The translations under genes were made by a program, and so were the position numbers. From a candidate division WWE3 bacterium (lineage in GTDB: Bacteria > Patescibacteriota > WWE3 > UBA101185 > UBA10185): a stretch of DNA of 44,242 nt. Below the pieces are notes generated by a model, which did not search any database, was not told where the DNA came from, and saw only the letters and a program-made list of their open reading frames with translations. Shown here piece after piece: positions 18,426 through 27,835 of this stretch; the stretch's first letter is position 1; the number at the start of each line of letters is the position of its first letter. Location of the stretch: assembly GCA_945897985.1 (NCBI GenBank), contig CAMDGN010000002.1, positions 1 to 44,242 of the forward strand. Reading direction: 5' to 3'.

Positions 18426-20027
18426 ATGAGGACCTTTATGAAATTAAAAGACACTTTAATTAAATTTATTTTAAATCAAAAATATTGGGGAATTTACCTA
18501 GCGATTTTTTTTATTGTAATAAGACTTCCTTACCTCGGTTTTTCAAATTTTAATACCGATTCTTTTAAGTGGAAAGCAAGAATCTATGATTTTGGGTCTG
18601 GTGTATTTAACCTCAACTTTGAGCAAACAGTTCAAAAGTATCACCCTGGAGTCACTCTCTTATGGATCGGAACTGCTAGCGTTAAAGTTTACAACTTTAC
18701 TTACTCTTCAATCTTACAGAAAACTCCTCAGTCTGATTCTGCAGAATTTCTTTTCTCTTTGAATTTTTATCAAATCCTCTTCGTTGTTTTGGCTCTGGCA
18801 TTTTTGATAAATAAATCATACAAATATTTGTCTGAAATATTAGGAAAAACTAAAAGTCTTTTGATACTTGCGATAGTAGCGGTCGATCCTTTCTTTTTGG
18901 CATTAACAACAACTCTACACTTAGATGGGCTGTTAAACTTACTACTTTTAAATACCTTACTAACTCTATACCTCTATATTGATGGAAAAGGTTATAAGTA
19001 CCTTTACCTATCGGGCATTTATTTTGGATTAAGTTTGTTAACTAAAACTACTGCTATCTTGTTTCTTCCTGTAATCTTTATTGCGATTATCTTTAAATAC
19101 TTAAATACTAAAGAAGTTTCTCATTTTATAAAATTTGGTTATTTTTTACTCATTACATTTCTAACCTACTTTATTTTATGGCCTGGAATGTGGGTTGACC
19201 CGATAGGAACTCTAACTTATGTACTAAAGGGGGTAACCGTTGGAACCGATGATCATTCTCAAATTTATTTTGGAAATTTAGTGAATGATCCCGGTCCCTT
19301 TTATTACTTAATTGTATGTCTTATAAAAACACCAATTTATATATTTCCAGGGCTGCTATTAGCAGCCTATAGGCAATTTGGTACCACATATAAGAAATAT
19401 ACCTTTGAATTATTTCTATTTTTAAGTTCCATTCTATACTTAATAGAAATCACTATCCCCTCAAAGAAATTGGATAGGTATGCTCTAACTTTTATTTTGT
19501 TAATAAGCATCTCAATTATTTCTTATGCCTATGATTATAGTAAAAAGTTAGCTTATTCATTTTTAATTTTAAATTTACTTTTTGTATTCTATTTAAGATT
19601 CGATTTCTTTTCTTACTACAGCCCTTTGTCGGGAGGTATAAGTAACGGTATAAAGTGGGTTGAGCCCAAATGGGCATTTGGTCAAAAAGAGATTGCTGAA
19701 TATTTCTCCAATGAAATTAACATTAATAAACTAGATTATTTTGGAAACGGAGAAAATATCAGTAAAATTTCAGAAAGAAACAAAAAGTTAGTAGTAGCTC
19801 TACCTGAAAAGTACTATACCCAACTTTACCCATACTTTAAGTTAATTGGTGGTTGGGCGGTAATTAATGAGATCAATCCTGAAGCACGAAAAGCAAATTA
19901 CTTTATTTTTCCAGTTTGGGAGGATAACTCAGTTGAGTTTATAAGCAGATATAAGTTATCTTACTATGGCGAAATTAAAGTTAGAGATGTAGCAATTTTT
20001 AAAGTCTTCAAAAGAAATGATAAGTAA
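18426..20027 (+). CDS. GT-C-fold membrane glycosyltransferase (PMT_2-like), paralog B
   Basis: 533 aa polytopic. FNTDSFKW (Asp codon 18558-18560), QKYHPGVTL, HLDGLLNLLLL, LLTKTTAILFLPV, PGMWVDP, KKLDRYAL. The true start may be ATG 18438, preceded by GAGG (18428-18431) at 6-nt spacing. Confidence 0.65.
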   Translation: MRTFMKLKDTLIKFILNQKYWGIYLAIFFIVIRLPYLGFSNFNTDSFKWKARIYDFGSGVFNLNFEQTVQKYHPGVTLLWIGTASVKVYNFTYSSILQKTPQSDSAEFLFSLNFYQILFVVLALAFLINKSYKYLSEILGKTKSLLILAIVAVDPFFLALTTTLHLDGLLNLLLLNTLLTLYLYIDGKGYKYLYLSGIYFGLSLLTKTTAILFLPVIFIAIIFKYLNTKEVSHFIKFGYFLLITFLTYFILWPGMWVDPIGTLTYVLKGVTVGTDDHSQIYFGNLVNDPGPFYYLIVCLIKTPIYIFPGLLLAAYRQFGTTYKKYTFELFLFLSSILYLIEITIPSKKLDRYALTFILLISISIISYAYDYSKKLAYSFLILNLLFVFYLRFDFFSYYSPLSGGISNGIKWVEPKWAFGQKEIAEYFSNEININKLDYFGNGENISKISERNKKLVVALPEKYYTQLYPYFKLIGGWAVINEINPEARKANYFIFPVWEDNSVEFISRYKLSYYGEIKVRDVAIFKVFKRNDK

Positions 20028-21324
20028 GCCCCTCAATTCAACTATAGGCGGAATGCTTTTAGTTACTTTTGGCTCAATAATTTCAACCTTCTTTTCTTAT
20101 TACTTCAATTTTTATATCCAATCAATTTTTCCAAGTTTGAGTGATTATGGAAATTTTGTTTTTGTCCTAACATTTCTGACCCTAACTCAATTAATTCCGC
20201 TGTCAATTTCTAGCTCCCTTTCGTTATTAGTAACTGAATTAAAAGTAAAAAATGAGTTTAGAAAGTTGACCATGCTTTATCTTAGAATGAACCTTCTTTT
20301 CGGGTTTATAGGAGGTTTAATAGCTCTATTTACGCTTTTCTTTAGTAGTCAGATTAGCTCCATATTTAAAGTAGGGGACGTGTTTTATATCCAACTTATG
20401 GCAATTCTTATATTTATCTCTACTTTATCCATTCCCGTAACCTCTTACTTGTATGGCTTGCTTAGGTTTAAATCCCATACTTCCCTAATTGTTATGATCT
20501 CAATACTTAAACTAATTTTTGTATATTTCTTTTACATTTCAGGATTTGGTTTCTTATCTGTACTTTATGGTCTGATACTTTCCTCAGTTTCATTAATTGT
20601 AGTTGGAAATTTTCTTCTACTTTCTAGTTTTGATAAAGATTACAGAGCTTCAGATATAACCGGTTTGACCAAAAAGGTTTTATTTTTCTCCCTCCCAATA
20701 TTTTTTATTGCTACTGGAAATGGTTTAATTACTCAAATTGACTTTCTTTTAATTAAATCCAAATTTGCAACCGAGTTATCAGGTCAGTATGGGCTATTAG
20801 TTAATATTGGTAAAATTTTTTATTTTGGTTCCATTGTATTTCTGGGGGCTATGAGTCCTCAAATTACAGAAGCCTACAACAAAAGAGATGGGTATTTTAA
20901 AATTTTATTCTTTTATTCAAAAATTATTTTAGGGCTGCTTGCCGGTGGTTTAATTGTTTTTGGTCTATTTCCAAAATCCTTCCTGGACATCTTCGTATTT
21001 CTTTCCAGTAAAATTGGCCTTAATTTAAATTCGCTAAACCTTTACTTTCAAGTTACTGAGCTGATTCCTAGCTACGCGGTATTTATTGTTTTAGTAATAC
21101 TTATAAATTTCTTAGTCATGTTTTTGATAGCTACCTCTACAACTAGAATTTATTTAGGATTTATTTTGGCAACCCTACTTCAATTTTTATTGATCTACTA
21201 CTATTCTTATGACCTTTATTCTGTAATAAAATGTAATATAATATCGGCAAGTGCTTTACTCGGGTATTTACTTTTTGAGACCTATAAAAAATATGAAAGT
21301 TTCCATAATAGTTCCAGCCTATAA
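20017..21324 (+). CDS. MOP-superfamily polysaccharide flippase (Wzx-like), second copy
   Basis: 435 aa, about 12 TM. N-terminal pattern GSIISTFFSYYFNFYIQSIFPSLSDYGNFVFV. Confidence 0.6.
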   Translation: MISKPLNSTIGGMLLVTFGSIISTFFSYYFNFYIQSIFPSLSDYGNFVFVLTFLTLTQLIPLSISSSLSLLVTELKVKNEFRKLTMLYLRMNLLFGFIGGLIALFTLFFSSQISSIFKVGDVFYIQLMAILIFISTLSIPVTSYLYGLLRFKSHTSLIVMISILKLIFVYFFYISGFGFLSVLYGLILSSVSLIVVGNFLLLSSFDKDYRASDITGLTKKVLFFSLPIFFIATGNGLITQIDFLLIKSKFATELSGQYGLLVNIGKIFYFGSIVFLGAMSPQITEAYNKRDGYFKILFFYSKIILGLLAGGLIVFGLFPKSFLDIFVFLSSKIGLNLNSLNLYFQVTELIPSYAVFIVLVILINFLVMFLIATSTTRIYLGFILATLLQFLLIYYYSYDLYSVIKCNIISASALLGYLLFETYKKYESFHNSSSL

Positions 21325-22096
21325 GCAGGAAAAATCCATTCAATCCGATTTAGAAAATATTTCCAATGTTATGTCAAAGACAAGGTGGGATTATGAGGTT
21401 ATCTGTGTAGTCGACGGTTTTTTGGATAAAACTTTAGAAAATGCCTCTAAAACCAAAGATCCTAAAATTGTTGTTTGTGGTTATGAGCAAAATAAAGGTA
21501 AGGGTTATGCTGTTAGATTTGGTATGGCTAGATCCGATGGTGATTTTATTGCTTTTATCGACGCCGGAATGGATATAAATCCAAATGGAATCTCGTTAAT
21601 TCTGGAGCATATGATTTGGTACGATGCAGATATTATAGTTGCAAGTAAGAGGCACAGCGCTTCTAAAATATATTATCCATTTCTAAGAAAAATCTATTCA
21701 TTTTTATACCAACTTTTAGTTAGAGTTTTATTTAATTTAAGAGTTAGAGATACTCAAGTAGGACTTAAAGTTTTTAAAAGACAGGTTTTAGAGAAAGTCC
21801 TTCCAAGGCTACTGGTTAAAAAGTTTGCTTTTGATATTGAGATTCTAGCTGTCGCAAATTATTTAGGTTTTAATAAAATTTACGATGCGCCAGTTGAAAT
21901 TAAACTTGATATTTTTAACTCAAGTTTTAATCCAGCTAAAGTCATTTTTAACAAGCATATTTGGCAAATGTTGATCGATACAGTAGCTGTTTTTTACCGA
22001 ATGAGGATTCTTAAATATTATGATAATAATTCAAAAAGACTCTGGGTTTACGACAAAGAGCTTGAGATGAGAGTAAACACCGGAGAAATGAAGTAA
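21293..22096 (+). CDS. GT2 glycosyltransferase
   Basis: MKVSIIVPAYKQEKSI, CVVDGFLDKT, FIDAGMD, ASKRH, RDTQVGLK. The track start at 21251 is a GTG; ATG 21293 directly precedes the GT2 N-terminus. Confidence 0.7.
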   Translation: MKVSIIVPAYKQEKSIQSDLENISNVMSKTRWDYEVICVVDGFLDKTLENASKTKDPKIVVCGYEQNKGKGYAVRFGMARSDGDFIAFIDAGMDINPNGISLILEHMIWYDADIIVASKRHSASKIYYPFLRKIYSFLYQLLVRVLFNLRVRDTQVGLKVFKRQVLEKVLPRLLVKKFAFDIEILAVANYLGFNKIYDAPVEIKLDIFNSSFNPAKVIFNKHIWQMLIDTVAVFYRMRILKYYDNNSKRLWVYDKELEMRVNTGEMK

Positions 22097-23103
22097 TGTT
22101 CTCAATCGTAATTCCTTGTCGACTTTATAACTCTAAACTTGCTCAAACCCTTGATAAACTACAACTACAGACTTACCAAAATTTTGAAACAATAGTGATT
22201 CTTGACTTTGAAGATTCAAATTTAGTTTCAACTTCTAAGGTAAAGTATATTTTCTCAGGAATTAAAACCCCGGGAGAGAAAAGGAATATAGGGATTAAAT
22301 CGGCGAATGGGGATTACATCGCGTTTTTAGACGATGATGCCTACCCAAGCGAGAAATGGCTTGAGAATTCAAAAATAATACTTGATTCTAATCCTGAGTA
22401 TATTGGGGTATGTGGTCCTTCAATAACCCCGCCAGACTCTTCATTTTTAGAACAAATCGGAGGTTATATTTACGAATCATTCATGACTTCAGGCCCTACA
22501 AGATATAGACATTTACAACAACGGCCAAGAGTTGTTAATGACTACCCTTCAGTAAATTTAATTATCAGAAAAGAATGTATTGATGAGATTGGCGGGTTTG
22601 ATACCAAATATTGGCCTGGAGAAGATACTAAATTATGTTTAGATCTTACTAAAAAATATGGTAAAAGAATTTTTTATTCCCCAATTCTTGTTGTTTTTCA
22701 TTACAGAAGAAGTGTATTTCATCCACATTTAATCCAACTTTCGAGATATGCTTCTCATAGAGGATTTTTTGCTAAAGAGTTCCCTGAGACTTCCTTAAAG
22801 TTTTCCTATTTTATCCCTTCAATGTTTGTAATTTATTTAGCTTTTTTACCACTTCTATTTTTAAATTTAAAAAACTCTTCATATTTACTATTTCCTTTGC
22901 TTGCTTATTTCTTTGCTCTTGTGTTTGAAAGTATTCAGATTTATTTAAAAAGCGGTTCTTTGGCAAAAAGTATTCTTGCAACAATCGGGATCTTCTTCAG
23001 TAATGTCACATATGGAATCTTCTTTTTAAAAGGCCTGCTATCAAAACCTAGCTTAGTTTTGAGAGAGGTAGACATTTTAAATGAAAAGTACATCAAAGGA
23101 TAG
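22096..23103 (+). CDS. GT2 glycosyltransferase with C-terminal membrane anchor (3-4 TM)
   Basis: FSIVIPCR, FLDDDAYPSEKW, WPGEDTKLC, FHYRR. Hydrophobic C-terminal third. Confidence 0.75.
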   Translation: MFSIVIPCRLYNSKLAQTLDKLQLQTYQNFETIVILDFEDSNLVSTSKVKYIFSGIKTPGEKRNIGIKSANGDYIAFLDDDAYPSEKWLENSKIILDSNPEYIGVCGPSITPPDSSFLEQIGGYIYESFMTSGPTRYRHLQQRPRVVNDYPSVNLIIRKECIDEIGGFDTKYWPGEDTKLCLDLTKKYGKRIFYSPILVVFHYRRSVFHPHLIQLSRYASHRGFFAKEFPETSLKFSYFIPSMFVIYLAFLPLLFLNLKNSSYLLFPLLAYFFALVFESIQIYLKSGSLAKSILATIGIFFSNVTYGIFFLKGLLSKPSLVLREVDILNEKYIKG

Positions 23104-24187
23104 TAAAATTTACCTTTTTAACGCTTATTCTCTAAATAACAACAACGATATTTTTATAAGTGGTAGTGATAGGGTTGGTTTGGAGTTAATTAAACAAGAT
23201 CCAAGCAACGCGGTAGTTTTTGCGCCAAATTGTTTTAGATCCTTATTACCTCAGGAGTGCGTTTTTGTTTCTACCCAAGATGTGTTATCAAAAAGTTTAG
23301 TCTTAAACTATCTTTATCGAACTGCAAAATCAATACAATTACTTAAGAAATATTCTCAAGAGTGTTCTTATATTATTTCAACTTCTGACTTTTTTTGTGA
23401 TACGATTCCCGCCTTTATGTGTTCTGGAGTTTCGAGATGGTATGCTTTTACCTTCCACCTGTATCCCGACGTAATCAGAAATTTTAGTATTAGAAATTTA
23501 TTTGGTAATTTGGCTCAGGCTTTATCTTTCCTTTTATTTAAACGAGCAAATTTAGTTATAACAACAAATAATAACTTATCCAATCATTTAAAGCATTTTT
23601 ACAACATTGATAATATTTTAAAAATTAAGCTAGGGGTGGATTTTACAAAGTATTTAAATTCAAATAAGGATAGACCTGTAGATTTAATTTTTTTAGGCCG
23701 AATTAAAGATTCTAAAGGTGTATTTGAACTTCCAGAAATTATTTCTCTAGTTGCAAAATCAGTAGATACGCTAAGTGTGGAGATAGTAGGTAACGGAGAT
23801 ACTCAAGATTTAGAGAAACTTAAAAATTTGATCACAAAATTTCACGTTAGAGAATATTTGACAATCACCTCAAATTTAAACGATTCTCAAGTTATCGATC
23901 GTTTAAAAAATTCAAAATACTTAATTCAGCTCAGTCGGGAGGAAGGATTTGGATTAGTTATTTTGGAGGCACTTGCTTCTGGGTGCCAAGTTCTTGGTTA
24001 CGAATTACCTGTTTATTTAGAGAATTTCTCTGAATTTAATTTAAAAATGACTGAGAATTTTAATCAAAAAAATTTAAGTCTATTTATAATAGATAGCATT
24101 AAGACTTATCAGTTTAAAAGTACTGATAAGCGTAATTTTGTAAATTTTGAATGGGAAAGTATTTATAATTCAATCTTCAATAATTGA
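23081..24187 (+). CDS. GT4 glycosyltransferase
   Basis: FLGRIKDSKG; SREEGFGLVILEALASGCQVLG (EX7E). Confidence 0.75.
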   Translation: MKSTSKDSKIYLFNAYSLNNNNDIFISGSDRVGLELIKQDPSNAVVFAPNCFRSLLPQECVFVSTQDVLSKSLVLNYLYRTAKSIQLLKKYSQECSYIISTSDFFCDTIPAFMCSGVSRWYAFTFHLYPDVIRNFSIRNLFGNLAQALSFLLFKRANLVITTNNNLSNHLKHFYNIDNILKIKLGVDFTKYLNSNKDRPVDLIFLGRIKDSKGVFELPEIISLVAKSVDTLSVEIVGNGDTQDLEKLKNLITKFHVREYLTITSNLNDSQVIDRLKNSKYLIQLSREEGFGLVILEALASGCQVLGYELPVYLENFSEFNLKMTENFNQKNLSLFIIDSIKTYQFKSTDKRNFVNFEWESIYNSIFNN

Positions 24188-24193
24188 TATAAT
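24185..24193 (+). promoter_or_regulatory. Putative extended -10 box (TGATATAAT, perfect consensus), 6 nt upstream of ATG 24200 (radical SAM gene)
   Basis: TGATATAAT-aatctt-ATG in the 12-nt gap after the GT4 stop. No SD. Confidence 0.55.
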
Positions 24194-24199
24194 AATCTT

Positions 24200-25813
24200 A
24201 TGAAGGATTTTAAAGTTGTAATAGGTTACCCTCCAATAAAAACAGAAAAAGGAGTACCCCTACTTTCTCAAAATAGACAATTCCAATATTTTAATGCCAA
24301 AACTTATATCTACCCTATGGTTCCAGCCTACAGTGCTTCAGTCGCTAAATCTAAAGGTTATGACGTTTATTGGATGGACGGAATTGCTGAGGAGAAGACT
24401 TTTCAAGAGTGGCTATCTGACTTAAAAGAACTCAGTCCAGATTTATTGATGATTGAAACCAAGGCTCCTGTAGTTAAATCTCACTGGAAAATTGTAGATC
24501 ATCTTAAGTCTGAGTTACCAAATATGAAGATTGTTTTGGTAGGGGATCACGTTACCTTTAAACCTAAAGAGACCATGGATAACTGTAAAGTTGATTTCAT
24601 TATCACTGGGGGTGACTATGATTTTATGCTAACAGATCTTTTAAATACGCTAGTAAAAGGGGATAAGTTAGTTGGTGGTATTTGGGGAAGATATCCTTCG
24701 GAATTGAATCTTTCTGATTTAGTCAAAGTTGAAGATTCAGATAACTCTGACCAAAAATATTTCATTTCGGGACCATTAGTTCAAAATCACAAATTAGATG
24801 ACCTCCCTTTTGTTGATAGGGATCTAACCAAGTGGAAAAATTATGCCTATTACAACGGGAACTTTAAATACACCCCCGCCACTTATATGTATTCAGGTAA
24901 AGACTGTTGGTGGAATCGATGTACCTTTTGTGTTTGGGATCATACTTTAAATCCAATGGGTACTTACAGAAGGTTTTCACCTGAGAGGTTATTTGCTGAA
25001 ATTAAACATCTGGTAGATAACTATGGTGTTAGAGAAATTTTTGATGACGCAGGTACTTTGTTTGTGGGCCCTCCTCTCAAGAAATTCTGTCAGATGATGA
25101 TTGATTCTGGTTACAATAAAAAAGTGGTTCTTGGTTGCAATATGAGGCTTAATGCTCTAACGCAAGAGTACTATGACTTAATGAAACAGGCTAATTTTAG
25201 ATTTATACTTTATGGAATGGAGTCTGGTAATCAATACACTTTAGATAAATTAGACAAAGGTCTCAAAGTTGCTGAAATTGAAGAGGGTGTCAGAATGGCT
25301 AAAAAAGCGGGACTTGAGCCTCACCTTACAATCATGCTTGGCTACCCGTGGGAAACCGAGGAGATGTCTAAAAATACTATCAATTTGGCAAAAAATTTAT
25401 TCAAAAAAGGTTATGTAGATACAATGCAAGCAACCATTGTAATTCCATATCCTGGCACACCTTTATACAAGGAATGTATTGAAAAAGACTGGTTACTGGT
25501 TGATTCAATTGATTACGAATCTTTTGATATGAGGGGTCCTGTGATGAAAACACCTTATTCAAAAGAAAGACTTATGGAACTAACCCAAGAACTATACTCT
25601 GCATTTTTTAGTACTAGTTACATTTTTAGAAAAATAATTAGCATCAGAAAAGTAGACGACTTTAAATTCCTCTATTTCTCAGCTTGGAAATTACTGGGCC
25701 ATCTCTTGGATTTTGACAAAGACCAGACTAAAGTTTCTTTATGGTCTCTTAAATTTTGGAGAACAGCTTTAAAGAAATTAACTAATAACTCAGTTGGAAT
25801 AGAAAATGCTTAA
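24200..25813 (+). CDS. B12-binding-domain radical SAM enzyme (class B-like)
   Basis: N-terminal Rossmann-like cobalamin-binding region (KGYDVYWMDG...LLMIETKAPVV...KIVLVGDHVT), then Cys cluster DCWWNRCTFCVW (Cys codons 24905-07, 24920-22, 24929-31), then a TIM-barrel-like region (REIFDDAGT, FILYGMESG). Confidence 0.8.
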   Translation: MKDFKVVIGYPPIKTEKGVPLLSQNRQFQYFNAKTYIYPMVPAYSASVAKSKGYDVYWMDGIAEEKTFQEWLSDLKELSPDLLMIETKAPVVKSHWKIVDHLKSELPNMKIVLVGDHVTFKPKETMDNCKVDFIITGGDYDFMLTDLLNTLVKGDKLVGGIWGRYPSELNLSDLVKVEDSDNSDQKYFISGPLVQNHKLDDLPFVDRDLTKWKNYAYYNGNFKYTPATYMYSGKDCWWNRCTFCVWDHTLNPMGTYRRFSPERLFAEIKHLVDNYGVREIFDDAGTLFVGPPLKKFCQMMIDSGYNKKVVLGCNMRLNALTQEYYDLMKQANFRFILYGMESGNQYTLDKLDKGLKVAEIEEGVRMAKKAGLEPHLTIMLGYPWETEEMSKNTINLAKNLFKKGYVDTMQATIVIPYPGTPLYKECIEKDWLLVDSIDYESFDMRGPVMKTPYSKERLMELTQELYSAFFSTSYIFRKIISIRKVDDFKFLYFSAWKLLGHLLDFDKDQTKVSLWSLKFWRTALKKLTNNSVGIENA

Positions 25814-26495
25814 TTCAAAAGATTTTTCTCAGGTTTATTATTCTGATCTTCTATCCGCTAAAAATATTTACAATAAAAATAAGTTAGTAACGATTGAAGA
25901 ATGCTTGAAACTTCTACCTGCAACCGGAAAGGTTCTAGATATAGGGTGTTTTAATGGGTTCTTTTTAGATATTATAAAAAATAAAGGTTATCAAACCTAC
26001 GGAATTGATGCCTCATCCGATGCAGTTAGTCTTTGTAATTCAAACGGTCACCATACAGTAGAAGCAAACTTAGAGGAAAAGATTCCTTTTGATGACAGTT
26101 TTTTTGATGCTATAACTGGTTTAGAAATTGTCGAGCATCTTGCTGACACCGATACCTTAATGAAAGAGATTAAAAGAGTATTAAAGCCAAACGGAATATT
26201 AATTTTTTCCACTCCAAATTTCTTTTCTTTAAGCAGAAGAATAATGACTTTGGTAGGAATTAATCCTTACTTTGAGGCTTCATTTAGTTTTCCTCCAAAA
26301 ATGGCGGGTCATCTTAGATTTTTCACTCATAACCTACTCAATGATTTTCTAAGCTACCATGATTTCAAAGTAAGATACACCGGCTCTGACGTTGTTAATT
26401 TTAATTCTAGTGGAACTTTATTTTCAACAAAGCTAGCTCAGTTGTTTCCTAAAATTGGACGGGGGATAGTTATTAGTGCTACAAATAGTAAATGA
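25806..26495 (+). CDS. Class I SAM-dependent methyltransferase
   Basis: Motif I VLDIGCFNGFF, FDAITGLEIVEHLAD, LKPNGILIFSTPN. 8-nt overlap with the radical SAM gene. Confidence 0.8.
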   Translation: MLNSKDFSQVYYSDLLSAKNIYNKNKLVTIEECLKLLPATGKVLDIGCFNGFFLDIIKNKGYQTYGIDASSDAVSLCNSNGHHTVEANLEEKIPFDDSFFDAITGLEIVEHLADTDTLMKEIKRVLKPNGILIFSTPNFFSLSRRIMTLVGINPYFEASFSFPPKMAGHLRFFTHNLLNDFLSYHDFKVRYTGSDVVNFNSSGTLFSTKLAQLFPKIGRGIVISATNSK

Positions 26496-27817
26496 AAGAC
26501 TTTCTAAAGGTATTTTTATTTAGTTTTATTGGTTTTTTCCTAGCCTGGTTAATTTTATTTAAATTAGGTATTAACTCGCTGCCCCTTCAATCTGAAGACG
26601 CAATACCTTCTATTTTCACTGGTATTTCAATTGTTAGAGAGGGAACTTTAAATCTCGATTCTTACTACCAAATGATGGTTAGTAAATATCCTCAACCTGA
26701 TGATTCAAATTTAACTCCTTTTTATTTAAGAAAAATAAATAATCACTATCTTTCGGCTTTTCCCATTATGAATACAATTCTTTCTTTGCCAATTTTTATC
26801 CTGTATGTTCCGTTTATAAACAGCGTTTCTTGGAACGATATTTATTTGCTTAGCCATCTGTCAGGAAGTTTTATATTATCCATCTCTTGTGTCGCCTTAT
26901 TCTACTTATTTAATCGCGTATTAAAGTCTTCAACTAGAAATTCCTATTTACTAACTGCAATTTACGCGCTCGCTACTATAAATCTACCTCTTATTTCTCA
27001 AGCCCTATGGCAACACGGTGCAGTTCAGTTTTTTACAATTTTAGGCATAATATTTTTTCTCAGGGAAAGATATTTACTTACTTTTATGTTTTTAGGTTTT
27101 GGAATCCTTTCAAGACCTACTGCAGGAATTGTTTTACTCGTTTTATTTATTTATCTGCTAGTTAATAAGAAAGTGAACCTTAAGTTAGTAATAAACTCAG
27201 CCATAGGATTTTTAATTCCAGTTTTATTCTTCTTAATCTATAACTATATTTATTACACAGATTTATCTAATCAAGGATATGCATCCCAATTAGGTAATTC
27301 CTGGCTTGGAAATTTTCCTGAAAGCTTAATTGGTATTTGGGTTTCACCTTCTAAAGGCTTACTTATTTACTCTCCAATTTTTATTTTTACCCTTATAGGT
27401 ATTTGGAAAGGTTACAAAAAAGATAATTTAGTCTCAATTTCATTCTGGATAATTCTTCTTCATACTTTAGTTCTTTCTAAATGGAAACACTGGTACGGAG
27501 GATACGGGTTTGGATATCGAATGATTTCAGATGTGATCCCTTTTTTCATAATACCAATTTGGTATTTGCTCGAAAATTATTACGATAAAGTAAAAAATGG
27601 AATCATAGCTACTTTTACTATTTCGCTTATAATCCAACTTTCTGGCTTGGTATTTTTTGACAGTATCTGGCATAACGCATACGATACTGGGTTTAAAAAT
27701 ACTTCTTGGCTTTGGTCTGTGAAAGATAGTGAGGCTGCTTTTAATGTGAGAAGGGTTTTAGTGAGATTTAATATTTTGGATAAAGCTTGTGAGAAATGCC
27801 TTCCTGGTAACCGATAG
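26492..27817 (+). CDS. Polytopic membrane protein, GT-C-like (candidate polyprenyl-phosphate-sugar-dependent transferase)
   Basis: 441 aa, at least 10 TM. Acidic first loop PLQSEDAIPSIF. No soluble domain. ATGA overlap with the methyltransferase gene. Family assignment is tentative. Confidence 0.45.
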   Translation: MKDFLKVFLFSFIGFFLAWLILFKLGINSLPLQSEDAIPSIFTGISIVREGTLNLDSYYQMMVSKYPQPDDSNLTPFYLRKINNHYLSAFPIMNTILSLPIFILYVPFINSVSWNDIYLLSHLSGSFILSISCVALFYLFNRVLKSSTRNSYLLTAIYALATINLPLISQALWQHGAVQFFTILGIIFFLRERYLLTFMFLGFGILSRPTAGIVLLVLFIYLLVNKKVNLKLVINSAIGFLIPVLFFLIYNYIYYTDLSNQGYASQLGNSWLGNFPESLIGIWVSPSKGLLIYSPIFIFTLIGIWKGYKKDNLVSISFWIILLHTLVLSKWKHWYGGYGFGYRMISDVIPFFIIPIWYLLENYYDKVKNGIIATFTISLIIQLSGLVFFDSIWHNAYDTGFKNTSWLWSVKDSEAAFNVRRVLVRFNILDKACEKCLPGNR

Positions 27818-27823
27818 ATCCAC

Positions 27824-27829
27824 TATAAT
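27824..27829 (+). promoter_or_regulatory. Putative -10 box (TATAAT), 6 nt upstream of ATG 27836
   Basis: TATAAT-agaagt-ATG in the 18-nt gap. Confidence 0.5.
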
Positions 27830-27835
27830 AGAAGT

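Noticed and set aside
21251-21292. GTG-initiated N-terminal extension of the GT2 gene (track start 21251)
   Set aside because: The extension (MLYSGIYFLRPIKN) lies wholly inside the preceding flippase gene. ATG 21293 starts exactly at the conserved GT2 N-terminus MKVSIIVPAY.
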